In this document: positions 1 to 13,059 of the stretch, piece after piece | Layout: each line of letters opens with the position of its first letter | Position numbering within the stretch: position 1 is the stretch's first letter | Assembly (NCBI GenBank): GCA_028534125.1 | Contig: CM052816.1 | Span: 23,934,001 to 23,998,000 of the forward strand | Direction: 5' to 3' | Length of the DNA stretch: 64,000 bases | Source: Lama glama | Taxonomy: Eukaryota | The notes under the pieces: model-generated | What the model was told of the DNA's origin: nothing | The model's database searches: none | What the model saw: the letters and a program-made list of their open reading frames with translations, nothing else | Translations under genes and position numbers: made by a program

Positions 1-253
1 GTTCCCAGTCTTCATGATACCCGTGAAGGTGTGCTTCAATATGTTTTATTTTTATAGTCTTACATCAATATATTATTGTACAGTTGTCTTATAATCACTG
101 TGATTTCACTGTTTAACTGTACTGCATTTGATGCACATATACAATATTTATTATTTATCATATGCACTATATCATGTCTGTTGTGGTGTATTAAATACAT
201 TATATATTTTCTGGTAAAGTAAATGTCCTTTAAAATTTTTAAGTCCCTGTTGA

Positions 254-276
254 ACACACACACACACACACACACA
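254..276. repeat. (AC)n microsatellite
   Basis: About 11 AC units, ~50 bp upstream of the exon 52 acceptor. Confidence 0.9.
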
Positions 277-327
277 AGTTTGGCATCTTTTTATATAAGG
301 AAGTTCATGGCCAATTCTATATTTTAG

Positions 328-453
328 ATGTCAATGAATGTCTTGAGAGCCCAGGCATTTGTTCAAATGGTCAGTGTATCAACACAGACGGGTCTTTTCG
401 CTGTGAATGTCCAATGGGTTACAACCTCGATTACACTGGAGTGCGCTGTGTGG
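328..453 (+). CDS. FBN2: Fibrillin-2 exon (human-equivalent exon 52), cbEGF32
   Basis: ttttag|AT...GTG G|gtgagt; 126 bp, phase 1-1; (D)[41 protein letters not shown], 6-Cys cbEGF consensus. Confidence 0.96.
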
Positions 454-1020
454 GTGAGTGCTGACTCCACATTTCACACTTTTAAGGTTTATTTTATTTC
501 TCATATTCAGCAAAAGGTCTCTCAGGCACCCTGGGTGGCAGTGGGATTCACAAAGCCAGGATAAGTAGCTGGTGATCACTCTTTCTTTCCCCATTCTACA
601 TTTTCCAGTAGACCTGGTTTATGTGAAGATGGAGAGAGTTGCCCAACCTCTGCCTTCAACCAAATATACAAACTCTGATGTGTCTAGAGATTTACAGTTG
701 CCAAAACCGCTAACTGGAAAAGAGATCCATTTTACTTTACAACTTTCCACTCCTGCTCTTGTAGCAGAAGACCACATCCCTCTCTGAGTTTGTGGCTTTC
801 AGGGCAAGCACAGCTGTCTCTGGGAGCCCAGAGGACGGCACCCATCAGGGTCTTCTGGCCTGCACTAAGGCAGCCAGCCGGGGCCAAGGGGCATGCCAGA
901 GCCACGTGTGCCCTGCACGGGCCTGAGAAGTGTGAGGCCCAGGCGTGTATCCATGGGCGTGCCCCTGTTGAACTAAAACTTCTCCAGATTTGGTGACACT
1001 TTCTTATTCTTCCATTTCAG

Positions 1021-1140
1021 ATACTGATGAATGTTCGATAGGCAATCCGTGTGGAAATGGGACGTGCACCAATGTTATCGGGAGTTTTGAATGCAACTGC
1101 AATGAAGGCTTTGAGCCGGGGCCCATGATGAACTGTGAAG
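1021..1140 (+). CDS. FBN2: Fibrillin-2 exon 53, cbEGF33; followed by a GC donor
   Basis: tttcag|AT...GAA G|gcaagt; 120 bp; (D)[39 protein letters not shown]. Confidence 0.95.
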
Positions 1141-2003
1141 GCAAGTGACGCTTTGCTTCAGCATTATTTCTTCTTGGTACAGAAAGGACTTTTTTAATGT
1201 CTCAGCTTCTACTTACATTGTTCTGATACTAGTGAGAGTTGGTACTTGTTGCCTGTCTGTTCCCTGGAGATTGGGTCACTTTCCCTGGTGCCTCAGTGTG
1301 TTGGTTAATGTTGGTTTATACCCTGGATATTGTGGATGATATCCTCTGGAATCAGTTATATTATTTCAAAGAATATTGATGCTTTTGTCTTAGTGGGCAA
1401 AACTTGGATGAGTATAAAAGCAGACTGTCAGGCATGTGGGAGACAGTGGTTCAGATTTCAGCTCTGTTCTTTAAACCTTTGTGGCTAGCTTCTTTGATTT
1501 TGTCCCACCCATGCATGGTTAAGTCAGCAACTTTAAATGAGTTTATGCAAAGAAAGAGAGGAGAAGGCAACATCTCTGGCCCTCTCCTTTCTGAGATTTC
1601 CCCCTCACTCTTCAGCAGCTTTGGTTGCTCATAAGGCTCCCTCCCTTGATTCCTCTGGATAGAAGCTCAGAAAGTTTCTCTTGGAGATTTAGCTGCCAGG
1701 TGCAGCAGCCATCCCCAGGGTAATTTGAGGAAAAAAGATTGAGAACTTATTTTGCTGGCTGTTCACTGAGTTTCCACTCATCACCAAAAACAAGTTCAAG
1801 TGTTGTTTTTGTATTTTTTTCAGAGTTTATAGTTGTTATTTGTTGGAGGATGAGTTTATTAGGTACCCAGTTCCCCAAACCAGGACTGGACGTTTCATTA
1901 AACTATTGCTTTCAGTACAACTGCCAAGTAAATACATCGATATTTATTTAAACAAATAATTAGAGCTATAGGCTGACCACATGCTGCCTGTTTCCTTCAT
2001 CAG

Positions 2004-2126
2004 ATATCAATGAGTGTGCCCAGAACCCGCTGCTGTGTGCTTTCCGCTGCATGAACACCTTTGGGTCCTATGAATGCACATGCCCGACTGGCTATGCCCT
2101 CAGGGAAGACCAGAAGATGTGCAAAG
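2004..2126 (+). CDS. FBN2: Fibrillin-2 exon 54, cbEGF34
   Basis: catcag|AT...AAA G|gtaagg; 123 bp; (D)[40 protein letters not shown]. Confidence 0.96.
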
Positions 2127-2567
2127 GTAAGGTTACAGACAAGGAAGTAGTTAGGACTTTATTTGCCATGACAGAAATATATTTTAATGATTTTGTAGTT
2201 CTCAGCTATCTTCTTCTAGAGTTTTACAGAAATGTATCTGATGGCCTTGCTGGTAGATCTCCTATACCTAGATAGCAAGACACTTGATGGTCTATCCAAC
2301 ATTTTCAAAAATAGGATGTCACACTATTGAACTCTTATTAAGGCAAAGATAGCCCTTTCCTGAACTTCTTTTCGTTAGGATCAATGCTGAAACTTTCATA
2401 AATACAGCCAGCAGTGGAAAAAGACTGAGCTCCTCCTTTCTTTGTCACACGATGAGATTACATTTTAAGAACCAGAAGACCAAAAATATGACTTAAAAGC
2501 ACTAAACAATAGCCTGTTCTGGAGAATTTCCTGTTTTTATATCTTTCCTGTTAAAAATATTTTATAG

Positions 2568-2699
2568 ACCTGGATGAATGTGCTGAAGGGCTGCATGACT
2601 GTGAATCTAGAGGCATGATGTGTAAGAATCTGATTGGCACCTTCATGTGCATCTGCCCACCCGGGATGACCCGAAGGCCTGATGGGGAAGGCTGTGTAG
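2568..2699 (+). CDS. FBN2: Fibrillin-2 exon 55, cbEGF35
   Basis: ttatag|AC...GTA G|gtaagg; 132 bp; (D)[43 protein letters not shown]. Confidence 0.96.
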
Positions 2700-3564
2700 G
2701 TAAGGCTTTAAGGGACGATGCCCGCTTTTCCGATATGCCTACTCCAGAATCACAGTGCTACTCCCAGACCATCCTAACTGGATGCCAGCTATTTCTCGAA
2801 TCTGTTTCCAGGCGGTGCTGTAGCTAGATTTCTAACATCTCAGAGTTTGTGCCAACATAGCAGGTTCTGGATCATACAGTGGAGATTATGCCTGTTCTGT
2901 CCTGGAATGTATGCCCTTTTGTTTTTCAAAGTTCTGTGTCCTGTAAATCTAAAACATTAAATTTAGAAGTGTCAAAAAACTTCTTGAAACAGTTCTACTC
3001 ATGAGGCCAAATTAAAAGTATGAGTTAATATTCTCATTTTTGTATCATTCCATGAAAGAGGAGAGTAAAGAGGCAGATAATTTATAGACCCCTGTTACAG
3101 GCTGGATATCTCTGAGGCTTAACATATTTGGACCTCAGTTAACTCATCTATAAAGGGAGGAGGGGGAGCTGGATCTCTGTGATGACTTCAAGAGTTTGAA
3201 ATGTTATGATTTTATGATGCATGTGGAAGAATCATGCCATGTAAGCTGGTCATGGCCACCCTATCCACTGTCTCAGCACTTATTTTCAAAAAATGTTGCC
3301 ACCTGGGATGCTGCAGCCCCAGGACACAGTCTTTCTCCTCCTTGAGAATAGTTGGCTCCTCTCTTTTAATTAAGAATCTGCTGCTCCCTTTTTAACCTCC
3401 AATACCTAGAGAAATTTGGATATTTTTGGAGGAACACTTGAAAAATGCTAATAATTTCTTATTTTGGAAAAAATAACAAAATAATAGTATTTCTTTAAAA
3501 TAAATCTGCTCGTGATTGCCTGGTGCTCAGAGTCACAATTGAGAGTAGCTGCAAGTGGACCCGA

Positions 3565-4170
3565 GGGAAATGGAAACATTCTAAACCTGGATTGTGGCAG
3601 TGATTGCACAACTCAGTAATTTACTAAAAATCACGGAAGTATACATTCAAAAATGGAAATTTTTAAGTTATCCCTCAGTAAAGTTGTTTTTAAAAATGAA
3701 TCTACCACAGGAAAACATGCAAGGATGTCCACTAAATTTTGTTTGTAGTAACAACTGGAAAAAAAAAAAAAGAATAGGAAGCAACCTAAATGCTCATCAT
3801 AGGAGAATAGCTAAATAAATGTGGTGCAGCAGCGCTATGAAATATCAGAGCAGTTGAAAGGAATAAGCTATATGTGTGTGTATTGAAGTAGAAAGAACTC
3901 TAAAATATGGATGCAGAATAATATAGACAACGTGTTATATTTTAAAGAAAGTTGTAAGTAGTACTATATATTTTCTGTAGTTATATATAGAAGCAAGTAA
4001 GTACGTAGAAAAAAAATTTTTAAATAAACCCCAATTCATAAAAGGGGAATTACCTCCAAGGACGAGATTAGAGGTTACTGGTCTGAAGTGAATTCAACTT
4101 TTTCTGTCAATTTTAATTTTTTACAAAAGAATTCCTGTATTACATGTGTAATGGTTACATTAATTTTTAA
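3565..4170 (+). mobile_element. Old L1M 3'-end fragments
   Basis: GGAAATGGAAACATTCTAAACCTGGATTGTGGCAGTGATTGCACAACTCAGTAATTTACTAAAAATCA is typical of L1M 3'UTRs. Confidence 0.65.
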
Positions 4171-4649
4171 ATGCCTGCAACAACCCATCAGATTATAATT
4201 GGATTCATAGTTTCTTTTAGTCTATTAGATATACTTAATAAAATTAAAATAGATTATGTCACATGTTTGGTTATGCAGTTCTTTCAAAAACACTTATTCT
4301 TCTAAGATCTAAAAACACTGTTCTTCCAAGATTTGAAAATCAAGCCAAACCTAGACTCCTGTCATGTTTAAACAATATATGTTTGTCAAACTATATGAAA
4401 TGGTATAAATAACATGTATGGAAGACATTGCTACCATTCTTACTTCTTATTGTACATGGGATCCATTTTCATTTATATCTTTTTTAAAATTTATTTGAAT
4501 ATGTAGGTGTTTGAATCTCATCTGACTAAAATACTTTTAAGTGTGTTTTGCTTTTAATGCTTGAAAATTTTTTGTTTCTGTAACTAGCTAAATTTTACAC
4601 CTTGCTGTCGTTACATCTGTATGTGTGCTTCCTGGGAAAAGGGGTAGGC

Positions 4650-4820
4650 ATTGTGATGAAGCTGGGAATCCAGGTTTCTGGTCCTGGATCTGCCTAAATG
4701 AGCTGGGTGAATTGAAAGTGACTTAATTCTCTTTGCCTCAGTTTCCTCCTCTGTACAGTGAGAAACTGATCTGTGTGGGAGAAGGATGTCTGCTCTAGCT
4801 CTGATAGTCTATGATCCCAT
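4650..4820 (+). mobile_element. MIR/MIR3 SINE remnant
   Basis: MIR core GTGACTTAATTCTCTTTGCCTCAGTTTCCTCCTCTGTACAGTGAG. Confidence 0.65.
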
Positions 4821-6549
4821 AAACATCCTTTTTCAAAGAAAAGACTCATTACGCATTTATAATTTTTTTCATTTTTAAAAGATGCTACAAAAGATACAGG
4901 TTCTGAAACCTTTTTGATCCTAAATCTTTTAATGATGAAGTGCTGATAGCTGAAACTTCTAAAAAACCTTTTTTGATCATCAGAAAACTTTGTAGAGAAG
5001 TTTCATTTTATGCAAACATATTTTTACAATTATAAATTCCATAATAAATAGCCAAAATATGATTATAAATAAAGTGTTTACAAATATCAGAATGAAGGTT
5101 AAAGCCACAAAAAAAACAATAAAAAAGCTGAGTGCAATGAAATGGGAATCTAACAGAATTACCTCCATAATGTCAAATGCAATAAAAACTAAAAATATTA
5201 TAGGCTAACGAATTAGTTATGCAAGAAATCTAAAACCTCTGTAAAGAAAACTGTAAACTTAATCAGAGACATAAATTTGACAATACAATATATTATGTCA
5301 CGGTAATTCTATTTAAATAAATGAGTTATAAAATCTAACGAATAGAGGAATGTTACTAAGATTGTTAAATTTTAATGAAAATGCCAACAGAATACATTTT
5401 GGGATTCATTATCATTTAAAATGTTAATGAGGGGAAGGAAGGCGTCCTTTTAAGGATGATGGAATGGGGTTACCTCACCCTTATCCCCTGAAGAGTTTAG
5501 AAACAGGGTGGGGGAGGGAGAGTACTGTCTTAATTTAAATGAAAAAAGTGGTCACAACTACAGATGCTGAAGAACATCTTTCAAGTAATATAATATTTCA
5601 CACAAAAACTCAGAAGATGTTCAGTTACATATTCTTCTTTAGACTTTGGCAGAATAAAGCTCTCTCTCAAAGTAACTGCCCCAATTGCAAAATTTGATCC
5701 AGCAACCTTTGATTAGAAGATTAGGGACATAGGTGAATGAAAGAAAAGTGATTTTGTTGTTGTTGTAAAGCTAAGTTCTACACTGCAGGGTCAAGAGATG
5801 AAGAAGTGGAAGAGAAAACATATGATGGGCTGAGACTTAAAGAACTTTACTCAGAGCTAAAGTAGCCTCCTAAATTAACAGAAAGCTTGAGTTGCACATG
5901 CCTCATGGGCAGAGAACAAAACAGATCTGGTGAGAGGATGTTCACACAACAAATGTGAATTGAAAACTGTAGGCTATCTGCAGTTCAGCACTGGTGATCT
6001 TCTGCTGTTCTATCGAATATAGAACTAAAATTCTATATTCAATCTACTGAGAAAATAAACTGAAATACGACATTGTCAGAAATGTGTTCTAGAATATTTA
6101 TCACCTACATACCTTCTCTGAAATGGCTACCACACTATATGCTCCAATACATTTTTTAAAAAATTAATTGAAGAGGAAGTAGTGTATGTGGAGCAGTGGT
6201 GAACCAAGAAACCACTAAACCTTATTATTTGTTTCAAATAGATGTTGATAGTCCATAACAAACTAAAATTTCTCAACCACGTGAACGTGGCAGGTGGCAC
6301 TGGGAAAGAGGAGGAAGCAATAAACTCATACCAAAATGCATGTTAGGGCCAGAAGCTTTTGAAACAGATACTTCTTGATACTGATAGGAAGGTATTCATT
6401 AAGAGTGTGTGAAGTTGTTTCATTGTCACTGGAAGAAGAGAAGATTACAACTTCCCAGCATGAGCTAGGAACCAGAGAAGGGCATAGAGAACTATTCTAA
6501 TCTAAGAAAGACTGAGAGAAGGGAGCAATATAGCATGGTAAATATAAAA

Positions 6550-7080
6550 TAGTATAAAATAGCAGGCAAGAATCCAGACATACCAGTAATCACCATAGGT
6601 AAAACAGTAGTTTAAATTTCTTGTTAAAAGATAAATGGACTTGCAGAATTCCTTTGAAATGCAACTTGGTGTTTTTTACAAAAAAATGTACCAAATCAAA
6701 ATGTGAGATAGACTGAAAATAAAGGGATGGGACAAGATATTCAAGCAAATGCTGATTAGGAAAAAAAAAAAAAGAAAGAAGGCACATACAAAATAAATAT
6801 CAACAAATTGAAAATTAAAAGTAAAAAAGTGTCAAGATGAAAGGAGCAGTTAATCAAAGAGATTTAATTGTCATGAGCTTTCTTTTTTTTTTTACATTTT
6901 TTATTGATTCATAATCATTTTACAGTGTTGTGTCAAATTCCAGTGTTCAGCACAATTTTTCAGTCATTCATGGACATATACACACTCTTTCTTATGCTTC
7001 TAACAACTTAGATTTGAAAAATACCTCAAACAAAATTTACAAAATGTGAAATAAACACAATAAGTAAGGACACAGAAATT
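6550..7080 (+). mobile_element. Old degraded L1 ORF2 (endonuclease-region) fragment
   Basis: AAAGGGATGGGACAAGATATTCAAGCAAATG...TATGCTTCTAACAAC...AAACAAAATTTACA resembles the start of L1 ORF2. Confidence 0.6.
6883..6986 (-). mobile_element. Young, strongly 5'-truncated L1 3' end (camelid-type) nested in an older L1
   Basis: Poly(T) at 6883-6893 followed by TTTATTGATTCATAATCATTTTACAGTGTTGTGTCAAATTCCAGTG; candidate TSD CTTTCTT at 6878-6884 and 6987-6993. Confidence 0.75.
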
Positions 7081-7662
7081 TTAATGTCAGTTTTGCTCTA
7101 ATAGATTTTTTGTCACCAACCAAAAGAGCAGTATTACTTAAATTCGTTCACCCATTAGCGACCCTCACAAACCACACTGCTCTTGGGATTTTACTCAACC
7201 CAATCTAGAAGGTCTTCCTTTATTCCTGGCCCAAGTGGCCTTTACCCTTCTCCCTACCCCTCCCTAATGCCTACCTCCCTTCTACCCTCCTCACCACCCT
7301 ACCCCGCCCCCCCACCCCACCTCTCTCTCATGTCACATAAACAGGCAACCTCTTCCTCGAAGTTATTCTTCTCCTTTTGGGGGGCAAGTTAATCCCTTCT
7401 GGAGACCAATTTTTCAGATCTCCATCAAACATTACCTCTTCCCCAAAAGAAGGAAGCGGAAGAAAAAGGAAGGGGGAGAAAAAAACACTTGGTTAACAAA
7501 GAAGCCACATGAAAGGATGAGGTAAAGTTAAAAATAAATCAGCATTCCATCATATTAGTGTTTTGTTGGAAAAGTTTTACATAAGATATAATCCATTAGC
7601 AGACAATTAGTAAATTAAATTTTACAATCTGCTTATTATTCACATTATTTGTTTTTCTGAAG

Positions 7663-7788
7663 ATGAAAATGAGTGCAGGACCAAACCAGGAATCTGTGAA
7701 AATGGGCGGTGCATTAACACTATTGGAAGCTACAGGTGCGAGTGTAATGAAGGATTTCAGTCAAGCTCCTCAGGCACTGAATGCCTTG
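7663..7788 (+). CDS. FBN2: Fibrillin-2 exon 56, cbEGF36
   Basis: ctgaag|AT...CTT G|gtaagt; 126 bp; (D)[41 protein letters not shown]. Confidence 0.96.
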
Positions 7789-9180
7789 GTAAGTTGATAA
7801 ACGAGTATATTTCACTTGGTAAATAAAAACATCTGCTTTACGTGTCATCACAGAAGAGCTCCACATACGTATCCTTGCCTGCTAAATAGACCCCTCAATC
7901 TGAGTAATCCACATACCTCTTCCAAAAGGGGCCATCTATTAAAATGACAGATGTGTACGTGTGTGTGCTGTAGGTACACCTATGCATAATGTAAATAACC
8001 ATCTTCAATAGTCTTTCCAAAATTAAGATTAATTAAGTTCTATGGAAAATTTGATGGAAGTAAAACTTCCATCAGGGAATGATTTAATTCCGAAAGAAAA
8101 TATTTGCTATGTGAGGTAAGCTCTGCTGTGTTAATGATACTAAAGTAAATGCCGCATTTCAAAAATGAAGTGAAAGCCAATTTTTATTTTATGGTACAGA
8201 AAAACATTTTACAAAATATTTTCTTGTGGAAAATATATGTCTGAGACATTATATTTTATTTTAATGCTAAAATGCATACATCATAAACCATTTTTCATTA
8301 ATTATGAGCAGGTGTAAAAGTATGGAGTAGTAAAATTTAAGACTATACTTCAATTTTAAAAATTTAAGCAAACAGAGAAATAGCACTCATCACTTGATTT
8401 GGTGTAAAAAGCAACATGTTTCAACTGTATCAGGTTTTTCTCAGAATGATGTCATTTGCTGCAAATACTAGGACATACTTAGTCAAGAAAATATATTTTG
8501 TTTATTGTTGTCTTTAATCTAGGTCTTTACTAAACCATCAGTCTTTTGGAAACAGAAAAGATAACCAACACAGAAAGTGCACTTTTCTTTTCATATTAAC
8601 AGTTTCATTAAGATGGTTCATAAAACCATATTAAAGATCTCTTTGCCTATTTCCATCAATGAAATCCCTTTATTTATACTATAAAAAATGACTTAGTCCA
8701 ATATTTGAACAGTCTTCTAGATGTAAAAAATTCAAGAGATTAGGTTGAATATCTACCAAGATTATAACATAGTCTAGAATTTGCTTTTTAAAAACAAATA
8801 GTGATACACATTTGCTTCTTTAAAGGAAAATATTTTACTTTGATTTTCCTTTTGTTTGGATTCTACAGGAATTGTAGTTTACTGTTACCTAAATACTGAT
8901 GGAAAAGAAGAAAAACCAAATCTGTTTCTTAAGTGTAGTATCCCTTTTGTCAAATTTAATAAATTGTTTATAGTGAAAGAACACTCTATGAACTTAATCT
9001 CCAACAAAACTTTGTAATAGTTGTCTTAAGCAGTGTGACTGTTCATATGAAAGAATACTTTAAAAAGAAAAAAGTATTGCTAAGAAGGAGAGCATTGATT
9101 ATCATATTTAATTTGAAGATCAAGATAAAAAGTATCAGTTCCATTGCCATTGATGCTTATTAACTACTTTGTCATTTCAG

Positions 9181-9387
9181 ACAATCGGCAGGGACTCTGC
9201 TTTGCAGAGGTACTGCAGACAATGTGTCAAATGGCATCCAGCAGCCGCAATCTTGTCACAAAGTCAGAATGCTGCTGCGATGGGGGGCGAGGCTGGGGTC
9301 ACCAGTGTGAGCTATGCCCACTTCCTGGAACTGCCCAGTACAAAAAGATATGTCCTCACGGCCCAGGGTACACCACTGATGGAAGAG
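9181..9387 (+). CDS. FBN2: Fibrillin-2 exon 57, TB (8-Cys) domain 7
   Basis: tttcag|AC...AGA G|gtaagt; 207 bp; (D)[68 protein letters not shown], with the TB-domain CCC triplet. Confidence 0.97.
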
Positions 9388-10336
9388 GTAAGTAGTGGAA
9401 AAAATTCATGAAAGTTATCAGCACCATGAACTTAATTCAGATTAATTTGAAGGAAACACAGTTATAACAATAACTGAAATATTTGTGTGTATATGTGTTT
9501 GTACATTCTTTTTGCTGATGCTTTAGATTCTTTAAAAGGTGCAATCTTCATGTCAAATCTAAGAGGTGGAATTTATTATTATTCCTGTTTTAACAGGTAG
9601 GAAACTGAAGTACAAAGCTTAGGTAAAAATATGTCATTTTTCCAAGATCCACCCTTTTTAAGGGATGGACCCAGGAATGGGACTTATCTATTGCCTCCAG
9701 AGGCCATGCTGTAACCCCCGAACTAGACTTGCTTTACTTAAATAAAGGCTGCTTATTTCTTTGAGCATGCACAGGAACTCATTCTGTTTGCAACATATTT
9801 ACAGGCCAGCAAGTTTCATAATTGATTAGTGGTTTCCATTATTTTGTACAACCAACTAATATACTAATGTCCTAAAAATGCCATTTTCCTCTATTACTAT
9901 GCAGATTCTTGACCCTGTGCCTGATTACTTTGCTAATGAAACCCTTTCTTCAGAGTCTAATGCAAGTGCGTATTTGTGGTCAATCCATAGGATATTATCT
10001 CAAATTACAAATTAGTTGAACTTCAGAAGGGTAGCTTTCTAGATTCCCCCAAAATAACTCATACTTAGATGGCAGAATTAGTAGACTTCAACAGGGCTTT
10101 CAACATAGCTTTCCTTTTGTTTATCTCTTCGTATCCCTTCAGATTAATTTTTTTTCTCTCCTTTCCATGTTGCACTCGCCTAAATGATAAGAAGGTATAC
10201 CAGCACGATTGTGAATGATAGTTGTTAGTTATCTCATGTCAGTTCCTTAATTTCTCTTAGTTTCTAAACTAGTTTCATCCTTGCAGAGGATATATTAACT
10301 TCTGTTGTTTTCACCTTGGGGTTTTTGGGGGCACAG

Positions 10337-10462
10337 ATATTGACGAATGTAAGGTTATGCCAAATCTCTGCACCAATGGTCAGTGCATTAATACCATGGG
10401 CTCCTTTCGGTGCTTCTGCAAGGTTGGCTACACCACGGACATCAGCGGAACCTCATGCGTAG
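10337..10462 (+). CDS. FBN2: Fibrillin-2 exon 58, cbEGF37
   Basis: gcacag|AT...GTA G|gtaagg; 126 bp; (D)[41 protein letters not shown]. Confidence 0.96.
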   Translation: MLTNVRLCQISAPMVSALIPWAPFGASARLATPRTSAEPHA

Positions 10463-11306
10463 GTAAGGAGATGTGAAGCGTCTCTGCATCTGAGAGTTGT
10501 CAGCTGTTTCCTACCAGTCAGTTACTGTCAGCAGAGTACCTTTATTATGGAGCTTTGGAATGTACATTTTGTTAAAATGATGCCATTCGTTTCAGTAATG
10601 TGGTTGTTACGGTCACAGGAGTTGTCCAAGACCTTGTCTAGTAATGGGAGACACAGAACTGTTCAATTCATCAAGGAGTTTGTGCAATTAGGGAATCATA
10701 AAAATTATTTTTAAAAATATACTTCCAACATTCTATATTTTAATTTAAAATGTATAAGGGCACATTTGTTTTCCATTCCTTTAATGAAAGAAAAGGACTT
10801 TTGATTGTGAAAATGTGATGCGTGTTTGCATATGGAGAGAGAATGCTTTTTGCTTGTTTCTCATTGCAGATTTTTGTATAAATTATACGAATTAATCATC
10901 ATCTACAATTTCCAGTTGCAAAGCAGTCTCAGTACAGAAACTTTCTACATTTTCATAATCTCTTTTTCTAATTTTTTTTATTGTTTCACCCACACCATTC
11001 TATGACAGTGAGGGTGGGGGTGGGGGTGCTTGCCTTTACTGAGTCTTTCCAAAGCATTCAACTTAGTTTTCATTAAAGAAAAAAAAATTTCTCCTTCATA
11101 TTTCATCAGCTTATATCATATTCCATTAAAGTTCCTATTTTAATAGCAAGCACACCTGGCATAGAAGGGTTGAGAAAACGAAACTTAATCCTAGTAAGCA
11201 TTCAGCTCACTTGGTTGGGCATGAGTGTGATAGAGAATAAGCTATCCATTGTGAGCTTTTAGCATTTTGTGGCATCAGTGTGTCTTACAGGGGAAATGGA
11301 GATTGC

Positions 11307-11730
11307 TTGCTATCAGTCAGAGCCCTAGCAAGAAAACGTGGCATATTCCAATAAGGACAGTTTAAGGAGACTTGTCTTTAATAAAGGGATGATGTATAAA
11401 GGCGTGGGCAGAGTGTGCACAAACTACAAGGAATAGGTGCTGGGGCTGTACCACCCTAGGACCAAAGGAAAGAGAGAAGTTATTGGAACCCAGAAGGAGG
11501 AGAAAGCTGTGCCCAAAGGCTGCCTGGAGAGAAGCTGTGACCTCTGATCCCGTGATTCAGTCAGCCTGAGCCTGTCTTGAGAGGAGTCAAATGAGAAATT
11601 AAGGACCAAATTGAAGACAGAGGGCAAGAGAGCCTGCTAATGATGTCCATGCAGTTCAGCCTCCTGGGCCCAAGAGCAGGGTAGACCAGGGTGAGGACTG
11701 CATCTAGAGGGGGAAGTGGAAGATTTCTAG
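11307..11730 (-). mobile_element. Old ERVL-type solo LTR remnant
   Basis: TATCAGTCAGAGCCCTAGCAAGAAAAC...TTTAATAAAGGGA...AAAGGCGTGGGCAGAGTG resembles an antisense ERVL LTR. Confidence 0.45.
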
Positions 11731-12081
11731 CACTGTGTGATGCTGCAGCTAAGAGGGTTTGAGAACTTCTGCCACATCCACGTGTCAAAAGAAAGAAACT
11801 TTAAGCTTTAAGTTTCTCAAGGTGTAAACCTAAGTACATTAATCTAAAGAATGTAGTGGATTTTTTTGAACCTAGACAGGTGTTCAAGTATTTGCTTTAC
11901 AAAGTAAACCAGTATGTTACTTTAAAAAAAAATTGTTCTGTGCATAATTTCTCTGGGTGTTTTCCATTTCCTCTTAAGTTGAAGAGGAAAAGAAAAAGAC
12001 GAAGTAAGAATAGTGAGGGAGGAAGAGAGGCTCATTGTTCCTTTTAACCAATAATTTAATCTTCATATCACTTTTACTTAG

Positions 12082-12204
12082 ATCTTGATGAATGTTCACA
12101 GTCCCCAAAACCCTGCAACTTCATCTGCAAGAACACGGAAGGGAGTTACCAGTGCTCGTGTCCACGAGGGTATGTCCTGCAGGAGGACGGAAAGACGTGC
12201 AGAG
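12082..12204 (+). CDS. FBN2: Fibrillin-2 exon 59, cbEGF38
   Basis: acttag|AT...AGA G|gtgagc; 123 bp; (D)[40 protein letters not shown]. Confidence 0.96.
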
Positions 12205-12559
12205 GTGAGCAAAGTCTGGCATTGTGAGCTTCTCTTCTTTCAGATTCAAAATCAGCTCATCAGAGAATGATACCATGTGCTTCACCTTCATTAAAGCACA
12301 TCTTTCTAGTGGTCCCTTTATTATTCAAGGAAAATTCTTCCAAAGGACACATTGTGTTGGAGGAAGTGGAGAGAATGAAAACCCTGGTTACAGTGGTTTT
12401 GCTGCCACAGAAATTTTAAAATAAACAAATAAATTATGATGAGGGAAGAGATTGAAACAACTAAAATAAGATTTCTTGCTCATCAAAGATATCATTTCTG
12501 TAAACTATTACACATTTACTGCAGAAGATTGAAAATGAATTGGTAATTTAAAATTTTTT

Positions 12560-13059
12560 NNNNNNNNNNNNNNNNNNNNNNNNNNNNNNNNNNNNNNNNN
12601 NNNNNNNNNNNNNNNNNNNNNNNNNNNNNNNNNNNNNNNNNNNNNNNNNNNNNNNNNNNNNNNNNNNNNNNNNNNNNNNNNNNNNNNNNNNNNNNNNNNN
12701 NNNNNNNNNNNNNNNNNNNNNNNNNNNNNNNNNNNNNNNNNNNNNNNNNNNNNNNNNNNNNNNNNNNNNNNNNNNNNNNNNNNNNNNNNNNNNNNNNNNN
12801 NNNNNNNNNNNNNNNNNNNNNNNNNNNNNNNNNNNNNNNNNNNNNNNNNNNNNNNNNNNNNNNNNNNNNNNNNNNNNNNNNNNNNNNNNNNNNNNNNNNN
12901 NNNNNNNNNNNNNNNNNNNNNNNNNNNNNNNNNNNNNNNNNNNNNNNNNNNNNNNNNNNNNNNNNNNNNNNNNNNNNNNNNNNNNNNNNNNNNNNNNNNN
13001 NNNNNNNNNNNNNNNNNNNNNNNNNNNNNNNNNNNNNNNNNNNNNNNNNNNNNNNNNNN
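12560..13059. other. Assembly gap (exactly 500 N) flanked by an identical 145-bp overlap
   Basis: 12415-12559 is identical to 13060-13204; the round gap size suggests a scaffolding spacer. Confidence 0.95.

Noticed and set aside
7240..7330. C-rich tract in FBN2 intron 55 (possible G4 on the minus strand)
   Set aside because: Low-complexity sequence common in introns, with no supporting evidence of function.
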